From Microbacteriaceae bacterium (GTDB lineage Bacteria; Actinomycetota; Actinomycetes; Actinomycetales; Microbacteriaceae), in NCBI GenBank assembly GCA_035556075.1, contig DATMFQ010000041.1, positions 11,429 through 75,428 on the forward strand: a stretch of DNA of 64,000 bases. The letters run 5' to 3'. Positions within the stretch are counted from its first letter, which is position 1. Each line of letters starts with the position of its first letter. Below are positions 10,147 to 17,630 of the stretch, one piece after another. Position numbers and translations under genes: made by a program. Under the pieces are notes generated by a model. The model was given only the letters and a program-made list of their open reading frames with translations. It was not told where the DNA came from and made no database searches.

Positions 10147-12141
10147 TTAGAACGCGAAGGAGACCTGCACGACGGTGCCGCGTGGGTGCTCGGTGCCGAC
10201 GCTCGGGCTCACCGCGTTGACGACGACCTGACCGGGGGAGATGTCCGCGAGCGGGCTGTACGAGAGCTTGAATCCGGCCTGCTCGAGCGCCGGCTTGGCA
10301 TCCGCCCAGGTCCAGCCGATGACATCGGGGACGACGATCGGTGCGGGGCCCTGGGAGAAGACGAGGTCGACGGTGTCGCCGACCCGCACGGGGTCGGTCG
10401 TCGGCACGAGCCGGATCACCGTGTCGACGGGGGCATCGTCGCTGTACTCCTGCGTCGTCGCGCCGATCTGGAGCCCGGCGGCGGTGAGCAGACTCGTGGC
10501 GCCCTCCAGATACTGCCGGGTGACGTCGGGGATGGCGCCGACGGAGACGACGAGGGTGACGGCGGACCGTTCGAAGATCTCCGGGACACCCTGGAGCGAG
10601 TTGCCGTCAGCATCGAGGAGGTCGATGACGCTCCCAGCGGGGACCTCAGCGTTGAACTGCTGGATCGTGGCGTCGGGATCGACCGTGAAGTCGCTGAGCT
10701 GGGCGAGGGCCTCGTCCTCGGGCAGGCCGATCACCTGCGGGACGGGGAGGCTCCGCGGACCCAGCGAGATGACCAATTGCACGGGCTCGCCGCGGAGCAG
10801 GCTCGTGCCCGGGCCGGGCTCGGTGGTGACGACGAGGCCCTCGGCGATCTCGGCGTCGTGCCGCTGAATCGGCTCGCCGACGACGAGCTCGGCCTCCTGG
10901 ATCGCGAGCTCGGCCGCGGCCACCGTCATGCCCGCGAGCCCGTCGGGGACCGCGGCGCGGGCACCCGGACCGAAGCCGAACCACCAGCCGGCGCCGCCAG
11001 CGGCGAGGGCGAGGACGATGACGAGAGCGAGCAGGAGCGGCCCGCGCGCCCGCTTCCGCTTGGTGCGGATCGCGAGTTGGGCGGTGCGGTTGGACACCAG
11101 CGCGGTCGGCTGCGTCGTGGATCGTGCCCCACGGCCACCGAGCACCTGGGTCTCGCCGGTGTCGAAGCCGCCCGCGTACAGGGTCGTCTCACCGGTGGGC
11201 TGTCGCCCGATCCCGGGGAAGATGGCGGTGCGCTGACCCGTGTCGCTCCCGGTCCCCGGCAGCGACGTCATGAGCGAGCTATGGGTCTCGAAGAGCTGGT
11301 CGAGGAGCGCCCTGGCATCGGCGGGGCGGTCCTGCGGATCTTTCGCCGTCGCCCACTGCACGAGCTCGTCGAGCTCTGCGGGCACGCGCGGATTCTTCTC
11401 CGAGGGTGCCGGGACCGCGTCGTTCGCGTGCTGGTAGGCGATCTGCACGGGCTGCTCGCCCTTGAACGGCTGCTCGCCCGTCAGCATCTCAAACATCATG
11501 ATGCCGATGGCGTAGATGTCGCTGCGGGCGTCGGCCGTGCCGCGCGTCACGAGCTCGGGGGAGAGGTACGCGATGGTGCCGAGCAGCGCGGCGCCGGTCG
11601 CGGTGTTGGCCGAGACGGCGCGCGCGAGCCCGAAGTCGCCGATCTTGATGCGGCCGTCGTCGGCCAGCATGACGTTTTCCGGCTTGAGGTCACGGTGGAC
11701 GATGCCGGCGCGGTGGGCTGCGGCGAGCCCGGAGAGGACGGCCTCCATGATGTCGAAGGTCTGCTCGGTCGTGAGGATCCGGTGCTCCTTGAGCAGCTCG
11801 CGCAGCGTGATGCCCGGCAGGTACTCCATGACGAGGTAGGCCATGTCGTTGTCTTCGCCCTGGTCGAAGACGGCGACGACGTTGGGGTGCGCCAGGCGGG
11901 CGGCGCTGCGAGCTTCCCGAATGAAGCGCTCCCGGAAGGCGGCGTCATCGGCGAGATGGCCGTGCATGATCTTGACGGCGACGCGCCGCTCGAGTCGCAG
12001 GTCGGTCGCGAGGTAGACGGTGGCCATGCCGCCGCGCGCGATGCGGGAGCGAATTTGGTACCGACCGTCGAGAAGGCGGCCGACCAGGGGGTCTGCAGTC
12101 GCGTTCTCACTCACTGTGGCAGTGTATTCGGCCATCTTCAC
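10147..12141 (-). CDS. Ser/Thr protein kinase with a single transmembrane segment and about 4 extracellular PASTA repeats (PknL/PknB type)
   Basis: Kinase core (RYQIRSRIARGGMATVY, HRDLKPENV, DFGLA). TM segment LLLALVIVLALAAGGAGWWFGFG. The roughly 270-aa C-terminal region has repeated PASTA-like units (VPDGLAG..., VPQVIGL..., IPDVTRQ..., VPDVIGW...). Start is GTG 12141 or ATG 12135. Confidence 0.9.
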   Translation of the reverse strand: MKMAEYTATVSENATADPLVGRLLDGRYQIRSRIARGGMATVYLATDLRLERRVAVKIMHGHLADDAAFRERFIREARSAARLAHPNVVAVFDQGEDNDMAYLVMEYLPGITLRELLKEHRILTTEQTFDIMEAVLSGLAAAHRAGIVHRDLKPENVMLADDGRIKIGDFGLARAVSANTATGAALLGTIAYLSPELVTRGTADARSDIYAIGIMMFEMLTGEQPFKGEQPVQIAYQHANDAVPAPSEKNPRVPAELDELVQWATAKDPQDRPADARALLDQLFETHSSLMTSLPGTGSDTGQRTAIFPGIGRQPTGETTLYAGGFDTGETQVLGGRGARSTTQPTALVSNRTAQLAIRTKRKRARGPLLLALVIVLALAAGGAGWWFGFGPGARAAVPDGLAGMTVAAAELAIQEAELVVGEPIQRHDAEIAEGLVVTTEPGPGTSLLRGEPVQLVISLGPRSLPVPQVIGLPEDEALAQLSDFTVDPDATIQQFNAEVPAGSVIDLLDADGNSLQGVPEIFERSAVTLVVSVGAIPDVTRQYLEGATSLLTAAGLQIGATTQEYSDDAPVDTVIRLVPTTDPVRVGDTVDLVFSQGPAPIVVPDVIGWTWADAKPALEQAGFKLSYSPLADISPGQVVVNAVSPSVGTEHPRGTVVQVSFAF

Positions 12142-13217
12142 AGCTCACCGAGCCACGCCCAGGCGGAGGCCTCCCACTTCGCGTAGGCGTCGGGGTACGC
12201 GGAGATCTGCACACGCTGGGCGGCGACTGTCAGCGCCAGGTCCTGCCAGCCGCTGATATCGAGCAGACCACGGGTGCGCCCCGCGTTCGGGTTCGCGGGA
12301 CCGCCGTAGAAGAGGCGGCTCGCGTACGCGGGGTCGGTGAGCTGCTCGATGCTGCCCCAGCCCTGGCTCGGCCGTTGCTGGAAGAGGCCGACCGAGTCGC
12401 GGTCGCCCCAGTCGAGGTTCCGCAGCGTGGATTCCTGCGCCGCGGTCGCGAGCGCAATGACGATCCCATAGTCGGGTACACCGAGCTCGCGGCCGATCGC
12501 GACGATGACGGCCGCATTCGCCCGCATCTCTGCCGTGAGCGGCACGACCTCGCCACGGACGGACTGGGCTGGTGGGGCGGGTGGGGGTGCCTCGACGGCG
12601 GGCGCGCCCGCCGGGATGACGACGACCTGCCCGGGGTAGATGATCGAGCTCGGGGACAGGCCGTTCGCGGAGAGGATCCAGGCGAGGGCGACACCGTGCT
12701 GGCCAGCGATCGCGGAGAGGGACTCTCCGGCGGCGACCGTGTGGTGTCGCTCGACCGGCTCGGGCTCCGGCTCGGGCACCGGCGGCGTGACGGGCCCCGA
12801 GTTCGTCAGTTTGAGCACCTGCCCGGGGGCGACCGCGGTGCGCCAGCTCAGCCCGTTGAGCGCGAGCAGCGAGGCGAGCTTGAGCCCGTAGCGCTCGGCG
12901 ATGAGCATGAGCGTATCGCCCTCCTGCACCGTGTACACGGCGGGTGGGCTCAGCGTCGCTTTGATCGTCTCGGCCGCAGCGCGGGCGGCACGTCGGGCGT
13001 CTTCGAACGCCTCACGGACCGTCTTGCCGCGGTCGCTGGCCGGTGGGCGGTCGTTGTCCTTCGGCCGCGGCGGCGCCTTTGCCTCGGCGGGCGCTGCGAC
13101 GCCCGTGATGTTGGCCGTGATCGCGATCGTGCTCGCGAGCAGCAGCGGTGCGACGGCGCCCATGCGCCGGCGGCGGGGTCGCGGGCGCCACGGGAGCTCA
13201 AACGGCTGCGTGGTCAT
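12138..13217 (-). CDS. Secreted protein with two LysM domains and a conserved uncharacterised C-terminal domain
   Basis: Arg-rich signal peptide (RPRRRRMGAVAPLLLASTIAITA...APAEA). Two LysM units (YTVQEGDTLMLIAERYGL...; HTVAAGESLSAIAGQHGV...). The start was chosen at the ATG giving MTTQPFE; the ORF can extend to 13304. Its stop TGA overlaps the kinase GTG (GTGA). Confidence 0.8.
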   Translation of the reverse strand: MTTQPFELPWRPRPRRRRMGAVAPLLLASTIAITANITGVAAPAEAKAPPRPKDNDRPPASDRGKTVREAFEDARRAARAAAETIKATLSPPAVYTVQEGDTLMLIAERYGLKLASLLALNGLSWRTAVAPGQVLKLTNSGPVTPPVPEPEPEPVERHHTVAAGESLSAIAGQHGVALAWILSANGLSPSSIIYPGQVVVIPAGAPAVEAPPPAPPAQSVRGEVVPLTAEMRANAAVIVAIGRELGVPDYGIVIALATAAQESTLRNLDWGDRDSVGLFQQRPSQGWGSIEQLTDPAYASRLFYGGPANPNAGRTRGLLDISGWQDLALTVAAQRVQISAYPDAYAKWEASAWAWLGEL

Positions 13218-13405
13218 CGGGTGTCCTGCTCTCATGCCGGCCTGCGAGGAGCGTCGGTTTGACTGAAGTTGACCCTGGCATATGCCGGGATGCAAGTCAA
13301 CCATTGGGGTGGATGTGAAAAGAGTTTACTTGTTCGAAATATGTGGCGGAACGCGAGGGGACGCGCGATCGGTGGCCGCGCCCGCATTCATGGCACGATC
13401 GATGC

Positions 13406-13747
13406 GTGACCGAGCTCCCGACCGTGACCTGGGTGGCCATCCCGGATATCGCCGCGCGTTTTGACCTCAAGATCAGTCAGGTGCACCGACTCATCGAGGA
13501 GCACAGCCTGCTCGCGCGACGTATCGAGGGCGTCCGGAAGGTCCCGGAGGCGTTCCTCGGTGAGACCGAGCCGATGCGTGAGCTGCGCGGCACGGTGCTG
13601 CTGCTCCTGGACGCGGGCTTCAGTGAGGAGGAGGCGCTCGACTGGCTGCTGGCACCGGAAGCCAGTCTCGGCGTGAGCCCGATCGCGGCGCTCCGGCTCG
13701 GGCGCAAGGCCGAGGTGCGTCGCGTCGCGCAGGCCCTCGCCTTCTGA
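13406..13747 (+). CDS. Rv2175c-like DNA-binding protein (winged-HTH, PknL-substrate family)
   Basis: Start trimmed to GTG giving VTELPTVTWVAIPDIAARFDLKISQVHRLIEE... The C-terminal KAEVRRVAQALAF resembles the Rv2175c family. It sits in a position syntenic with the kinase and the polyprenyl synthase. Confidence 0.7.
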   Translation: MTELPTVTWVAIPDIAARFDLKISQVHRLIEEHSLLARRIEGVRKVPEAFLGETEPMRELRGTVLLLLDAGFSEEEALDWLLAPEASLGVSPIAALRLGRKAEVRRVAQALAF

Positions 13748-13766
13748 CCCCGACGAATCAGGCGGT

Positions 13767-14879
13767 TCAGGCGGAGCGCTTGGCGACGGCGTCCGCGAGC
13801 GCGCGGAGTTCCGCCTTCGCCGCCGGGGCGATCCGCGCGTCCCCGAGCACCTCGAGTGCCTGGGCGAGGCTGTGCTCGATCGCCCGCTCGACGCGGTCGA
13901 CTGCGCCACACGCCACGAGCGTCTGCCGGAGCATGCTGATCTGCTCGTCGTCGAGTGTCGGGTCACCGAGCAGGTCGTCGAGCAGTGAGCGGGCCGAGGC
14001 CGGCAGCTTGCCGCGGGCGACCGCGATGAGCACCGTGCGCTTGCCCTCCCGCAGGTCGTCCCCGGCCGGTTTGCCGGTGACCTTGGGGTCGCCGAAGACC
14101 CCGAGGAGATCGTCGCGGAGCTGGAACGCGACGCCGAGGGGCACGCCGTAGCGTCGCAGCGATTCGACCTGCGCCTCGTCGGCGCCACCGAGCAGCGCGC
14201 CGATGACGAGGGGCGCCTCGACGGAGTATTTCGCCGACTTGTAGATGACGACCTTCTGCGCGCGGGCGGCGGCTTCCGCGTCGGACTGCGCGATCCAGGC
14301 GTGCTCCTCGAGCACGTCAAGGTACTGACCGAGCGTCACCTCCGCTCGCATGGTCGCGAACTCGGTCCGCGCGGCAGCCGCGGTTGGGCCGAATTCGGCG
14401 GTGGCGATGGCGAAGAGCTCGTCGCTCCAGCTCAGCAGCAGGTCGCCGAGCAGCAGCGCGGCCGCCTGGCCGAAGCGCTCGGCGTCGCGGGCCCAGCCGG
14501 AGTCGCGATGCAGCCGCGCGAAGTACTCGTGGGCCGCCGGTGCCCCGCGGCGCACGGCCGAGCGATCGATGATGTCATCGTGGACGAGGGCCGCGGCGTG
14601 GAGCAGCTCGAGCGCCGCGGCGACGCGCACGACGCGGTTGCGGCCGACGTGATCCTCCGACTCGGGCATCGGGTCGATCGGGTCCGGCAGCTGGGTCGCG
14701 CGCCAGCCCCAGTAGCAGAACCGGGCGCGGAATCGCTTGCCGCCAGACACGAGGGCGCGCGCCGCGGCGGCGACGGGCGCGAGGTCGTCGGAGATGTCGG
14801 CGAGCCGACGCTCGCGTTCGCTGAGGAATGCGTCGAGCGCGTCCTGCACCAGATCCGTGAGGTGCTCGCCGGTCGCCAT
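13767..14879 (-). CDS. Polyprenyl diphosphate synthase (GGPP synthase-like, IdsA2/Rv2173-like)
   Basis: First and second Asp-rich motifs LVHDDIIDRS and QLRDDLLGVFGD. Confidence 0.88.
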   Translation of the reverse strand: MATGEHLTDLVQDALDAFLSERERRLADISDDLAPVAAAARALVSGGKRFRARFCYWGWRATQLPDPIDPMPESEDHVGRNRVVRVAAALELLHAAALVHDDIIDRSAVRRGAPAAHEYFARLHRDSGWARDAERFGQAAALLLGDLLLSWSDELFAIATAEFGPTAAAARTEFATMRAEVTLGQYLDVLEEHAWIAQSDAEAAARAQKVVIYKSAKYSVEAPLVIGALLGGADEAQVESLRRYGVPLGVAFQLRDDLLGVFGDPKVTGKPAGDDLREGKRTVLIAVARGKLPASARSLLDDLLGDPTLDDEQISMLRQTLVACGAVDRVERAIEHSLAQALEVLGDARIAPAAKAELRALADAVAKRSA

Positions 14880-14962
14880 GGCACCAGCTTAGGTCGCGGC
14901 TCGCGAGTGGGATCCTGCTGTGAGGCTCGCCGTCTCCCAGGCGTCCGGCGTATCATCGGCCC

Positions 14963-15328
14963 ATGGCCCTGTCTGAGCACGAGCAGCGACTGCTTGAGGA
15001 GATGGAGCGCAACTTCCACCTGAACGGTCCGGAGTCCGCTCCGATTGGTCGCGGCCAGGTCGACTACACGGCTGTCACGATCGGGGCGCTCGTCGTCGTC
15101 GCCGGCATCGCGCTCGCGGTCATCGGCGTTGCGAGCCAGATGTGGTGGTTGGGCATCGTGGGCTTCGTCATCATGTTCGGCGGTGCGCTGCTCATGCTGC
15201 GCCGTCGGGCGAGCGCGAGCGACGCGGCACCGCGCGCGGGACGCGAGCCCCGGGGTGGCAACGAATTCATGACGGCGTTTGAACGGCGCTGGGATCAGCG
15301 ACAGGACCGCCGGGACGACGCCGAGTGA
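14963..15328 (+). CDS. DUF3040 membrane protein (Rv2169c-like)
   Basis: N-terminus MALSEHEQRLLEEMERNF followed by two hydrophobic helices. It lies at the conserved position upstream of mraZ. Confidence 0.75.
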   Translation: MALSEHEQRLLEEMERNFHLNGPESAPIGRGQVDYTAVTIGALVVVAGIALAVIGVASQMWWLGIVGFVIMFGGALLMLRRRASASDAAPRAGREPRGGNEFMTAFERRWDQRQDRRDDAE

Positions 15329-15368
15329 TGTCGTAGGCCCCGGCGGGCGATTCGTCCTCCACCACTGA

Positions 15369-15400
15369 GAACCCCTGAGAAATCAGGGGTTTTCTGCATT
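15369..15400 (+). terminator. Intrinsic terminator after the DUF3040 gene
   Basis: Perfect 9-10 bp stem GAACCCCTGA / TCAGGGGTT(T) with GAAA loop, followed by a T-rich tail TTCTGCATTTCT. Confidence 0.6.
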
Positions 15401-15431
15401 TCTGGCGTGTCGAACTCGCGGAAATGTCTCG

Positions 15432-15461
15432 TAAAGTGGAGGAAAGTGGAGTAAAGTGGAG
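15432..15461 (+). promoter_or_regulatory. Three tandem 10-bp direct repeats (T/G)AAAGTGGAG, a putative MraZ operator
   Basis: TAAAGTGGAG GAAAGTGGAG TAAAGTGGAG read directly at 15432-15461, 40 bp upstream of the mraZ ATG. GTGG-type repeats with 10-bp phasing match the known MraZ box architecture. Confidence 0.65.
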
Positions 15462-15501
15462 TGCACCAGAGGACAGGCCGGAACCGAAGGGGGTCACGCG
15501 G

Positions 15502-15933
15502 ATGCTGCTCGGCACCTACGCCCCCAAGCTCGACGACAAGGGCCGCGTCATCCTCCCGGCACGATTCCGCGACGAGCTCGCCGGCGGGGTCGTCATCACG
15601 CGCGGCCAGGAGCGCTGCCTCTACGTATTCCCGGAGCGGGAGTTCGGGGGCTTCCACGAACGAATCCGGCAGGCACCCGTCTCCTCGAAGCAGGTCCGTG
15701 ACTATACCCGGCTGCTGCTGGCCGGTGCGCATCAGGAGCGACCCGACGCCCAGCACCGCATCACGATTCCTCCGGCGCTGCGCGCCTACGCGGGGCTCGA
15801 GCGCGAGCTGACGGTCAACGGCGTCGGCAGCCGAGCCGAGATCTGGGACACCGAGACGTGGGAGGCGTACTACGCCGACGTCGAGGACGAGTTCGTCAAT
15901 GTCGCGGAGGAGGTGATCCCCGGCCTCCTCTAG
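15502..15933 (+). CDS. mraZ: Transcriptional regulator MraZ
   Basis: Start trimmed to ATG giving [26 protein letters not shown] (the canonical MraZ N-terminus), with AAGGGGG 8 nt upstream. A second SpoVT/AbrB-like half ([14 protein letters not shown]) is present. Confidence 0.93.
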   Translation: MLLGTYAPKLDDKGRVILPARFRDELAGGVVITRGQERCLYVFPEREFGGFHERIRQAPVSSKQVRDYTRLLLAGAHQERPDAQHRITIPPALRAYAGLERELTVNGVGSRAEIWDTETWEAYYADVEDEFVNVAEEVIPGLL

Positions 15934-16028
15934 CGCCTGGGCGCCGACCCCCGGCCGCAGCCCTGACTCCCTTCCCCTGAGTCAGGTCGTGCGGAAGGGG
16001 ATCGGCATCCGGGAGCCGGCCCACCCCC

Positions 16029-17000
16029 ATGGTCGACGAGATCCACACCCCCGTCCTCCTCGAGCGCACGCTCGAGCTGCTGTCGCCCGCGCTCGGGCGC
16101 GACGGCGCCACCGTCCTTGACGGCACCCTCGGCATGGGCGGCCACGCGGCGGCGATGCTCCGTGCCTTCCCCGGACTCCGGGTCATCGGCATCGACCGCG
16201 ACCAGGATGCGATCGCGATCGCCCGGCAGCGGCTGGCCTTCGCGGCCGATCGGGTGACGATCGTCCACGCGGTGTACGACGAGATCGCGCTCGCGCTGCG
16301 CACCGCCGGGGTCGACCGCGTCGCGGGCGTGCTGCTCGACCTCGGCGTCTCCTCGCTGCAGCTCGACGAGGCCGAGCGAGGCTTCGCCTACTCGCGCGAC
16401 GCGCCGCTGGACATGCGCATGGATCGCAGCAGCGGGCCGACCGCGGCGACCATCATCGCGGAGTACACGGAGGGGCAGCTCCGGCGCATCTTCGAGGAAT
16501 ACGGCGAGGAGAAGCTCTCGCGCCGGTACGCCCAGCGGATCGTCGCCTCCCGCGAAGCTGAGCCGATCCTCACGAGCGCGCGGCTCGTCGACATCATCAC
16601 CGAGGCCACCCCCGCGGCGGCCCGCCGGGCGGGACACCCAGCCAAGCGGGTCTTTCAGGCGCTGCGCATCGAGGTGAACGGCGAGCTCGACGCGCTCCGG
16701 CGCGCCATGCCCGCGGCCCTCGACGCCCTCGAGGTCGGTGGCCGGATCGTCGTCCTCGCGTATCAGTCCCTCGAGGACCGCATCGTCAAGCGTGAGCTCG
16801 CCGCCAGGAGCGCCTCGACGGCACCCGCCGGGCTGCCGGTCGAACTGCCCGAGCACCGGCCGGAATTCCGGCTGCTCGTGCGCGGCGCCGAGCTCGCCGA
16901 CGACGCCGAGCGCTCCCGGAATCCGCGTGCGACGCCCGTGCGCCTGCGCGCGGCCGAGCGACTCCGCGAACTCCACCCGACACGTCGGGAGGCGGCATGA
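16029..17000 (+). CDS. rsmH: 16S rRNA (cytosine1402-N4)-methyltransferase
   Basis: HTPVLLERTLELL, DGTLGMGGHA and LLDLGVSSLQLD motifs, in the position after mraZ. Confidence 0.95.
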   Translation: MVDEIHTPVLLERTLELLSPALGRDGATVLDGTLGMGGHAAAMLRAFPGLRVIGIDRDQDAIAIARQRLAFAADRVTIVHAVYDEIALALRTAGVDRVAGVLLDLGVSSLQLDEAERGFAYSRDAPLDMRMDRSSGPTAATIIAEYTEGQLRRIFEEYGEEKLSRRYAQRIVASREAEPILTSARLVDIITEATPAAARRAGHPAKRVFQALRIEVNGELDALRRAMPAALDALEVGGRIVVLAYQSLEDRIVKRELAARSASTAPAGLPVELPEHRPEFRLLVRGAELADDAERSRNPRATPVRLRAAERLRELHPTRREAA

Positions 17001-17626
17001 ACACGGCACAGGTGCCACGGATCCGCCCAGCCGCACCGCAGCAGCCGGCGCGGCGCTTCGAGATCGTCACCCCCGCCGCACAGCGCAAGGCCCGCCCCAA
17101 GGTCCTCCACGCGATCGTCGCGGTGGTTGGGGCGCTCGCCATCGTCGGCCTCCAGCTGCTCATCTCCATCTGGATCACGGGAGGGCAGTACCGCATCGCG
17201 GAGCTCCAGGACGAGCAGCGCGCGCTCGTGCGCCAGGCGGAGTCGCTCAGCGAGCAGCTCGAGATCCGCGGCTCGACCCAGTACCTCGGCTACGCGGCGA
17301 CGAGCCTCGGCATGGTGCCTGCGCGCTCGCTCTTCACCCTCGACATGTCGACCGGGAGCTACTTCGCGCTGCCGGGCACGAGCGACGTCCTCGGCTGTGC
17401 CGGTGGCTGCGGCCTCGCGGCGAACGAGCTCGTCAAAGGTCTGCCGCTGCCGCAGCGCCCGAGCGCCGCGGCAGCCGCTGAACCGGCCGCTGCGGGAACC
17501 GCGGATCCGGGTGCCGGGGAGGCCGCGGATGCCGCCGTGCCGACGATTCCCGGCGCCGAGCCGGAGACGGTTGACCCGGATGTGCCAGTCGCTGCCGAGA
17601 CCCTGCCGGGTGTGGTGACACGATGA
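16997..17626 (+). CDS. ftsL: FtsL-like cell-division membrane protein with an Ala/Pro-rich C-terminal tail
   Basis: ATGA overlap with rsmH. It has a single TM segment (VLHAIVAVVGALAIVGLQLLISIWI) followed by a coiled-coil-like QYRIAELQDEQRALVRQAESLSEQL. It occupies the canonical ftsL slot. Confidence 0.75.
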   Translation: MNTAQVPRIRPAAPQQPARRFEIVTPAAQRKARPKVLHAIVAVVGALAIVGLQLLISIWITGGQYRIAELQDEQRALVRQAESLSEQLEIRGSTQYLGYAATSLGMVPARSLFTLDMSTGSYFALPGTSDVLGCAGGCGLAANELVKGLPLPQRPSAAAAAEPAAAGTADPGAGEAADAAVPTIPGAEPETVDPDVPVAAETLPGVVTR

Positions 17627-17630
17627 GGCC

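Noticed and set aside
13218-13405. A possible ydaO (c-di-AMP) riboswitch in the leader of the LysM cell-wall protein gene, since that riboswitch often precedes such genes in Actinobacteria.
   Set aside because: On the minus strand I find only a local hairpin (CCCGGCAT/ATGCCAGGG flanked by GTTGAC/GTCAAC) and a weak resemblance to the 3' CCGAC..GCT..CTCG segment. The conserved ACGGGGA-ACC and GGGG..AATC elements are absent. A cmscan with RF00379 would settle it, but I would expect no hit.
15424-15501. An N-terminal extension of the mraZ ORF ([26 protein letters not shown]).
   Set aside because: The extension is encoded by the three tandem operator repeats. MraZ proteins begin at MLLG..., and a Shine-Dalgarno sequence precedes the internal ATG at 15502.
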